From NCBI GenBank assembly GCA_012295275.1, contig CM022665.1, positions 38,874,001-38,938,000 on the forward strand: DNA of 64,000 nucleotides, in the 5' to 3' direction. Made by a program: the position numbers and the translations under genes. This stretch comes from Chrysomallon squamiferum (Eukaryota; Animalia; Mollusca). Below the pieces are notes generated by a model, which was not told the DNA's origin, did not search any database, and was given only the letters and a program-made list of their open reading frames with translations. Positions within the stretch are counted from its first letter, which is position 1. Each line of letters begins with the position of its first letter. This document shows, in pieces, positions 54,721 to 64,000 of this stretch.

Positions 54721-55030
54721 GATCTACGCTCTGTCAAACAATTAATTGTTATCTTGAGCCAGTAACAGAAACTTGTGTCCAGGACACAATGTGCTTCGAC
54801 CTTCAGTAGTCGAGTGGTTGAATGAACGACATAATGACAGAACAATGAAGAACAGAAGTCCTTTTAAATGAGCGTTAAAACCGTTAAAGGATAAACAATT
54901 AGCGAATCATCATTAGAGTCGTGACGAATTATTCATTAACTCAGCAATTAACTCATCGGTAAATTATGCTTTAAATCACATAAAAAAGACAATACAGCAA
55001 TTATATGTATGTGTGTATGTGTATGTATAT

Positions 55031-55080
<50 letters not shown>

Positions 55081-55384
55081 TTTTATTTTTTTTTTTTTTT
55101 TTTTTTCATGCTGTTGTACATCAGCAAAGTGAAAGAATTAAAAAAATTAGACTGGCATCATCAGTCAATTGGAATCCTTTTATGTATGCCATCTTCAGAT
55201 TACCACAGGCTATTTGGAATCACAGAACAGAACTAATAAAATAGTTTCTGATAAGTCCAAAGCTGTCGAATGTAAATACGAATTAATTATGACGAAACAA
55301 CCAGTAAACAAGCTATAAAATTATATATATGTATATATATCACATGATGCTTTGAATCACTGTTTTAGTCTATTAAAAAAATAT

Positions 55385-55422
<38 letters not shown>

Positions 55423-57261
55423 GTAAAGCCTTGGGTGTTAAATAGCAACACCAACTACAATATAGCCCCACCACTTGGTCGTTAATACCGAGGATGTGTC
55501 CATACGTTAAGCCGTGTTGGTGTTGTAAGTGAAAGACTTTTCCAACACTCAGCAATTTGACCGTGCCTGTAATGGCACCCTGAGTGTAGCTTTTGTGGTT
55601 ATTATTTTTATCACTCAGCCTTGCCCGCCGGGTGAATACCAGAGCGCGATATTCACGTCTAATGAAGTCGGCTAAAAACTTACAGTTCAAGACTGTTCTC
55701 GTTAAGTAAATATTTCCATTGATCAGCCACCTCTAACTCTTTTATAAGAGTCCATAACAGTCAGACACGAAAGCTTTGCAATAGTATTACTCGCTATTCG
55801 TTAATACGCATTTTCCACACAATATTAGAAAATCCCCATTGAAAAGGAAAATGTTTGTGTCAGCTCACAAGTGTCACATTATTTGCGTGTGGACTGCCCA
55901 CACACCCCGAATATATCTGTACCCGACACAGGTGCTTAATTACGGGTATGTAAACCCTACTGCGAACCGCTTAACCCGTGTTTTAACCCGCTGTGCAGCT
56001 GAACCTTGTGGTACAACCAGATTCTCACATACAAGGTCGCGGATCACTGACTCTAAATATTACAGTTTTATCCCACAGAAAAAAACGTTCTGGGCTCAAT
56101 AATGCCTGTCACATCAAGCCATTGTTTGGTAATCATTATAGAAAGTGCATGCGTTTTGTTCCCTTTTTCTTATGTTATGTTCCGTATGCGCTTGACAATA
56201 ATGGCAAAGAACAGACGGTACGTTTAAATCCTTTTTTTTTTTTTTTGTGGCTCTCTCTCTCTCTCTTTCTCTCACTCTGGTAATCCTCGCAACCTGACAA
56301 GCCCTCAATACAGGACCACACCCCCTCGATTTCAGCAAATGACAAAACCAAACAGAGCTTTACCTCTCCTCCCGTAAAGGCCTTTTTCTCGGGGGATGTA
56401 CGCACGAGTTTCTGGGCCATCCATTGAAGCAACTTTTTTCTTTTTTTTTTTCTTTTTTTTTTATGACAACACCGCATCGGGGAACATTGCACCATTGGCA
56501 ATGAATTGCTTTTGAAATATAATACAAGAAAAACCATTGAGTTTCATGGGTCGGATTTCCCCATAGCCGCCTCAGCTTCGTACTGATCGCTTTGTGTCAG
56601 TTTTATGGTTAAATAACAGGTTTATCTCTGTATAAAATTGCTATTATTGCAGGTTTAGAAATATTCGCTGAATGGGTGTATGAAAACATGACTGTGACAG
56701 ATTGTTGTGTACTGTCATTATAAATCCCCCCGTAAGCACTCATTAACAGTTCAAAGTTAAAACGTGCCTCGACAATGCGACAATAGAACGGTTCGGGGAT
56801 CCATCCTCGCAAAGGAGAAACGTATTTGAAGTTGAGTTATAAAAGTCGGCGTCGTGGTGACAGTGCTGCGTGCCAGAACCGTGACGACCTCGTCGTTTTG
56901 GATTTTTACTCAGTTTCTGAAAAATTAGTTTCGCTCGCCTCTGCGATGCGGTGATTAAGTCATCAGTCTTCGTGCTGGAAGTTCCTGGTTCATCTGCTAC
57001 CAGGAGACAAGCGAAATCTTTGTACTTCTACTGTAGAGAATTATTTCTTCTAATATAAGCTAGCATACCAGTCTGACAACAGTTCAAGACACATAATGTG
57101 CAAAAAAAACCGGTTGAATAATAATTAATATTTTCCGTACCGGAATTCGATATTTTTTTATGTAAATAATTATTATTATTTTTTTTTTTTTTCATTCTTT
57201 CTCACAAAGGGACAGTATATAAGATCTGTTTATTTTATTTAATATATATATATTTTTTTTT

Positions 57262-57298
<37 letters not shown>

Positions 57299-57506
57299 TT
57301 TTTTTTTATTATTTTTTTATCTATCTATCTGTCTGTTTTATTTATATGTAATTTACTTACGAAAACACAAAAAGATGATTTTAAAATAAATTAAAAATCA
57401 GAAAGACAACAGAAGACTGGAAAATTAAAACAAAACTTTAAATTATAACAACAATAACAGCAACAACAACAACAACAACAATAATAATAATAATATTATT
57501 ATTATA

Positions 57507-57544
<38 letters not shown>

Positions 57545-59156
57545 CTTCATCGTCGTTATCTTTAACATATCTGATTTATTCAACAAATGCGTTTTTTACT
57601 TAATTATCAATTTTGTGTATGTAAATATATATATATACTTTTCTTCAAAGAGTTCCGTATAAGAGTGTCTATAGATCAATAGGCAGCATTTTTATAATAG
57701 AACAAATAATTATTTGATAATGAACACATAAAATGTGCATTTTCGTTGACATTTTATACTTTGATTTTTGTTAACAGTTATATTATATATTATATTATAT
57801 ATTCATAAATAGCTGATGACAAATGTCATGAAATAAATTAATTACAACGAATTAATAGTTTTAGAATAAAAGTAAACGAATATAAAAACAAAAAACAAAA
57901 GTGAGCTTCCATTTTTATTTTCTGAATCGGATATCAATTGATAACCATCACGATCAGTTTTGATGAACAAACACGTCACCAGATTACAGAATCTTTCACC
58001 TTTGCAATACACGAAATACCCATCACAAAAATCATCGGTCATTAATAAACACTTTACAAACGTAAACCATCACTGTAAATACCATTCTGTATAATTAGCA
58101 AGCGATACAAAAGCGAATTCCTTTTTTTTTTTTTTTTTTTCTGTACAAAAATAATGACAGTATTAAAAAAAAAAAAAAAAAAAGCTTTGCCCACCCAAAC
58201 TATTTGCACGGGCTGCTTTCCGCACTGTCGCCCACCAATTTAGAACGTATCGGCGTGTTGTTTTTCTGTCGATTCCTATGAATAGGCAACCAATTTGGTG
58301 TGAAAGCGCTCATCGGACCCGCGGCGGTATACAAATCTTTCTGAATGGACCTACGTAGTGCTATAATAATTTCTCTCACAGTTTCCTTCGTAGGTCCTGT
58401 GAACACGTGTTACCTTTTTTAAGTAAAGAAATATTGTTTTCTTGGGTCATCACTAGAAGCGAGAAAAGAAAAAAGAATAAAAGAATAAAAGAGAGGCATT
58501 TTTATTTACAAGTAAACGGAATGCCGTCGCATCTCCGATGACATCAGACAGTTTCCAGACTCGCAGAAAATACGTCATATTTCGTTTTTTGCAAATAAAA
58601 AAAAAAAAAGAAAAATAAAAGGGGATGAAAGATGATAATAACTATGTCCGCGATGAATCTTAAATAATATCCCGTATCAATATTTGCTGAGTTTTGTTAA
58701 AACTCTGCGGAAAGCCCATTTGAGTTTCTTCACGATATCCATGGGATAAGGGATGATTAGGTGCTCTTAGCAATGTGGAGATTGAAAAATAGTATACGAA
58801 TCAATGTTGACCGGTGTCGCGTTAATTTGTTGACGATCATCAATATTCCTGCCGATATTATTAACACTTTTGTTTCGATCGGCCAAATATCCGCTTGTTC
58901 GTTGTCGTTTATTATTCTTTTGCTTTCAAATTTGCCTTTTTTTTTCTTTCTTTCTTTTTTTTTTTTTTTTCCTGGCTCTTTTTTCTTCGTTTCGTATTTC
59001 TTGAATTCCCTATCCTCTAATTAGGATTAAATAATATGGATTTAAAATATGGCAAAGGGATTATTATCATCCCGTCCTTCTAATAAAGCTAACGAGATTT
59101 AGTTTGTAAAATTGTTATTCCTTATTTATAACTCGGTAATACTTTTCTTTTTCTTT

Positions 59157-59187
<31 letters not shown>

Positions 59188-59366
59188 CTAAATTAGGTTT
59201 TATATTATTTTTAATTATTTATTTTTGAAAATCGAACTACTTAATATTTGTTTTTATATTTTTAAACTAAATTTTTAAACATTGTATTTTCATTAAAAAT
59301 AACTGACTAAAATTTTCACCACTTTTAAACGTTATGGATAGTTTTTCTATATTAATTTTATTTATT

Positions 59367-59405
<39 letters not shown>

Positions 59406-59485
59406 TTTGTTTGTTTGTTTATTTATTATTTTTATATTATTTTGTTTATTATTATTATTATTTCAAGACTACACATTGTTTTAAA

Positions 59486-59518
<33 letters not shown>

Positions 59519-59744
59519 ACTAAATTATGGATTAACCGAATCAAAATATCTTAATTAATTTATATTAAGACGCAAATAACTACGTACTAAATCACTTCCA
59601 CCTAATCGGAATGTCACATGTAATGACGGAGGCACTCATTGAAATTAAATACACGTTGACGATAATTAACAGTCTGGTAGAGCACCAGTCAACACTCAAC
59701 TGTTATTACAACGCTACTGTGTATTATCAGCAATACCAGTGTAT

Positions 59745-60085
59745 CTTTAGTATAGTAAAGTTTATTAGCTTCGACCAATACCTGATTTCATTAGTACAGT
59801 CCATTAGCTTTTGACCAGTTCCTGTGTTTTCTTTAGCACAGTACAGTTTATTAGCTTTTGACCAATACCTTTGTTTTCTTTAGAACAGTAAAGTTTATTA
59901 GCTTTTGACCAATACCTGTTTCTTCAGTACAGTTTATTAGGTCTGACCAATATCTATGTTTCTGTGTTACTGTCTATTTTATTTGTTTTGGCCAATACCT
60001 ATGATTTCGATATTTCAGTACAGTTTATTAAGTTTTCACCAATATCCGTATTATTTCGTAAAGTATAGTTTATTAGCTTTGACCC
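59745..60085 (+). repeat. Degenerate minisatellite, ~8 copies of ~40-47 bp
   Basis: Consensus ~AGTACAGTTTATTAGCTTTTGACCAATACCTGTTTCTT. Confidence 0.88.
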
Positions 60086-60734
60086 TTCTGGCTCAGGTAC
60101 ACACGTTTAAAATCAAATTAACACATATGACACTTGTTACAATATAGGAACCACATATAGGACAAATAAAATTAACAACCAAAGAAATTTAATGAATATA
60201 AATAAAGTACTTTCAGCGATTATTATTATTTTTTTTTTTTTTTTTTCTTTAATAATTAATATTTTTCTAAATTAAATACTTCTTTTCTATTATTAATAGC
60301 CCGTAATTATACAAGTTTAAACACAGATGGTTTTCGCCTATAGTATGTCTCAATATATACGTTAAATGCAAATGCACATACAATAGGGTTTTTGCGTACA
60401 TTATTTTGTAAACGTAACACTGACCGATGTCACGTATCTTGAAAAATAAACATTTGAGTAAGTGTCAGTGTAATTATGTTACAGGTGGTACATTCAGTGT
60501 TACTATTAATTTGATTAGCTTAATAAGTGTATAATTTGTTTAGTTAATTTAATATTATGAAAAAGTACACGTCTGTTCTGATCCTGTAAAAACCCACACG
60601 CACAAATGTACTTTTAGTTATAGTTTTTTGTATATTTTTCACATTATGTTTTTGTATCTGTCTTTCTATCCGTATATCTATCTATATACCTACCTATCTA
60701 TCTGTTTATCTATCTACCTATATATATACATATG

Positions 60735-60771
<37 letters not shown>

Positions 60772-60790
60772 GATGGATGGATGGATAGAT

Positions 60791-60839
<49 letters not shown>

Positions 60840-61090
60840 TACATACATACATTCATACACACAAGCATACAAGCATAACGTAAAAGAATAACCAGTGAAA
60901 TAGTTGTAATGGTTTTTTTGTGAAACATAACAAAATATATAATTGACATCCAGTCATTAAAATGTGTTTAGAGGTCGTTAAACAAACAATAATTAATTTT
61001 AAATTATTTAAACTCCTTTTAAAAAGGGAGAAATTAAAACTGTCATTCAGAAGAAATCAGAAATCATATTAAGAGATCTTATGATTTATA

Positions 61091-61148
<58 letters not shown>

Positions 61149-61454
61149 ATTTCCATTAAGAGCTACGGGATTATACCACTTAGTTATCAAAGGCTAAAGC
61201 TGGTAAATGGTTTGTTGTTGATGGTATCACATTCTAACGTTGAGAAATGGTTGTTTATATTTTATGTTTTTAAAAAAGATAGACGAGCCGCCGTTATAAT
61301 CTGATTGTGTTTATCGCTTTAAGAGTCCGCAGATAATTTTCGTCTTAGAAGAACTGGTGCATTGTGAAGGAAAGAAGAAAATAATAAATTATAAGTGTGT
61401 GTTTGTGCGTGCGTGTGTGTGTCAGTGTGTACATAAGTGTATGCGTGCGTATGT

Positions 61455-61493
<39 letters not shown>

Positions 61494-61963
61494 GCTGTTA
61501 TTCGTTTTTTTTTTTTTGTTTTTTTCTCATAAACATACGTATTATAATTCGTGTATGTAATGAGTTTTGGTTTAAAGGGATTTAGTATCTCTCAGCATCC
61601 ATAATTAATTTTGCAGTTTTAGTGGGACTACATATTTTTTTATTTCTTTTTATGATGTGAAAAATATAATTATGAAAACACAGTCTTATTAAAATTAAGA
61701 TGATAAAGAGTTTAGAAATAAAAATACAATATCACCTTTATTAATCTCATTATGTCTTTTATCTTTATTACATTGAAGATAACATATCAAAGCTGAATTA
61801 CGATGAAGTTTATCTTTAATAGTAAACGATGAAAAAATTTCTTTATAATATTTACGAATAAAATTATTCTTAAACAACAGAACGATCAAACAGCACAATT
61901 TTGGAAAGATAAGTATAATACATTATATTATAAAGCTGGTTTTTGGTGGTGTTGTTGTTTGTT

Positions 61964-62005
<42 letters not shown>

Positions 62006-62204
62006 TTATCTTTCTAAAATCAACGGAGATATTAAAAGTTAAGAGAGCAGAAATTAAACAGATTCTTACAATTTATATGTACATCAAGATACATACTGAC
62101 TATTTCAGGAACTGTTTGTCTCTTGTATAGTCTCTACTTTCAGGAATAAATGTAGTATACACATTACCTGTTCTAAGACGTTAATCAAACGGAGTAAGCC
62201 TGCT

Positions 62205-62630
62205 CTAGGTCATGAATCCAGTGTGTATAATGTTTATTAAAGGTTGTGAATCCACTTTTTATACTGGCTGTTATAGCACGCGAAAACATTGTGTATACAT
62301 TGAGCATTATAGGACGTGAACTGAGTGTATATACGTTATATTGTAATATATGCGAATTTCAGTGTATGTACCATTATAGGAAGTGAATTTAGTGTGCATA
62401 CTGACTTTTATAGGACGTGAATCTGATGTGTATATTACATATATAAAATAATTTATAATACCTACTACAGATTATGAATCCAGTAGTGTATACTGTCTAA
62501 CAGAGGACGTGAATCCATGTTGTGTTTTTATACGGTCGTATTTAGGATGTGAATTAAATGTACAAACTGCCGTTACAGGATTTGGATCCAGCGTATAACC
62601 AGGCTATTACAGGACTCGAACCCAGTGTGG
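62205..62630 (+). repeat. Degenerate minisatellite, ~12 copies of ~33-37 bp
   Basis: Consensus ~TTATAGGACGTGAATCCAGTGTGTATACTG. Confidence 0.82.
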
Positions 62631-63191
62631 CTATATTAGCTCGTTCAGTTCAAGAAGTGATCTGAACAAGCGTTTTTCAGTCGTTTATCCTCCTCAAGTT
62701 GATTCTTTCTCCCACTGACGAACTCTTGCCAATAACTTGTGCGTCTCTTTCGCCAGCAAGAGGCTTTTCCTCCGATCATAAAGGATAACCGTGCACGAAA
62801 AATTTAATCGACTTTGACTTCATTAAATAATCGTCAACATAAGATTGATTGATAGAAAAGAAATAAAGCTTTGATAAGCTTGGAGATTTTCTTTAGTACT
62901 CGTGGCTGGCGAGTCGAGTGCATTATGTACCGCATGACAGGGTCTGCCCCGCCTCTCCGTCCACTGGGCCCCAGATAACGGGTAACCAACTGCAGCTGTC
63001 GACAAACATCTACAGCATTCCGGGTGTACAGAGAATGTACATATTTCCTTTTACTTTTTTTTTTTTTTTTTTTTTTTGTATGTCGTGTAACAAAAAATGA
63101 ATGGATAAATTAAGTACGACGGGGTTCAAGTAAATATCCGTACGACTGGTGTTAGAATATTTGACTGTCTGAAAATAAAAGGAGAGAGATG

Positions 63192-63231
<40 letters not shown>

Positions 63232-63269
63232 TTTGCTTTGCGCTCACTGCGGGAGCATCACATGGAAGT

Positions 63270-63500
63270 GCAAGACTGCCAATGAAAAGACTTAATTTGA
63301 CAGATCCGTCGAGCCGTGTGACGTCATCGATTGTATTGTTGCCCGAAATTGCTTTCCAATAAGGAAGGCGTGGCTTAATGGTCTTGGGGACTGTCGCGTT
63401 AAGCCGTAATGCGCGTGCGCCGGTTTAGTCCTGCCCAGTTTTGTTTGTAATGGTTCGTATAGAAAAGTTGAGTGGGGTAAGGCAATAGACAGTATAGCAC
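63270..63500 (+). promoter_or_regulatory. Putative NK2.1 proximal promoter
   Basis: CCAAT at ~63279 and ~63356, perfect CRE TGACGTCA at 63319-63326, TGCGCGTGCGC (NRF1-like) at 63410-63420, TATAGAAA at 63458-63465 and an Inr-like ACAGT ~32 nt later. Confidence 0.55.
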
Positions 63501-63618
63501 TTCACTACACTGTAGTGTGTGTCTGGGCAGCTGCGATTGTCAACAACCTACTTCGGACTCTCACAGGGCTGGGCAAGCCTACATGAGCAAAGATTCAATG
63601 TCGCATTGGAGTTCTGCT

Positions 63619-63967
63619 ATGTCTCTGAGCCCCAAACATACTACACCCTTTTCAGTCACGGACATACTAAGCCCTCTGGATCACGAAACCTACAAGAAGA
63701 CAACCATTGAAGCAGCTATTCCACCACTGACCCCGTATAGAAACAGTCAGCACCCACAAGCCATGGCTGGGATGGGGGGTATGGGAGGAATGGGTGGCAT
63801 GAGCGTGCCCGTCACCAACCCCTACCACAACTACGTGCCGCCGTTGTCGCATCACACAGCGTCGTTTCCTACTCAGTATTGCAATGGCTCGGAACTGGCG
63901 TACGGAGATCCTTCAAGACATTCGGCAGCTTCTTGGTATGGTGCTAATCCGGACCCCAGATTTGCGT
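63619..63967 (+). CDS. NK2.1: NK2.1 homeobox transcription factor (Nkx2-1/Nkx2-4/scarecrow orthology group), first coding exon; the homeodomain exon lies beyond the window
   Basis: MSLSPKHTTPFSVTDILSPL (TN/eh1 motif), YCNG and WYGANPDPRF match the NKX2-1 N-terminal region as I recall it; GCG T|GTAAGT donor at 63968 sits where the NKX2-1 intron falls after ...PDPRF. In-frame upstream ATGs at 63583 and 63598. Confidence 0.93.
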
Positions 63968-64000
63968 GTAAGTACTCCATGTGAAAAATTTGTATATATA

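Noticed and set aside
56900-56970. Possible minus-strand hammerhead ribozyme (CUGAUGA...GAAA)
   Set aside because: Stem II lacks the expected closing pair and stem I cannot form
59745-62630. CRISPR-like reading of the two minisatellites
   Set aside because: Eukaryotic context, degenerate contiguous units without unique spacers, and no cas genes

Overview
This is AT-rich, microsatellite-laden eukaryotic DNA, probably from a lophotrochozoan such as a mollusc (inferred from the NK2.1 sequence style). Two things are clearly encoded. (1) From ~25.0 to 42.8 kb lies a tandem array of ~3.8-3.9 kb units with five minus-strand copies of a 3-exon gene for a 150-aa secreted Gly/Tyr/Trp-rich protein. Each copy has a TATA box, a non-coding exon 1, the whole CDS in exon 2, an intron starting 4 nt after the stop, and a non-coding exon 3 with AATAAA. 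Each unit also carries a decayed, head-to-head (+ strand) paralog. Copy 5 has a 1-nt deletion that fuses the signal peptide and Gly/Trp half to an Asp/Glu-rich alternative frame, which would splice cleanly and stop in exon 3. (2) At the window end are the promoter and first coding exon of an NK2.1 (Nkx2-1/scarecrow-type) homeobox gene; the homeobox itself lies beyond the window. The rest looks like a gene desert of short complex-sequence islands (candidate enhancers) separated by simple repeats and a few minisatellites. Nearly all other ORFs in the track are low-complexity artefacts.
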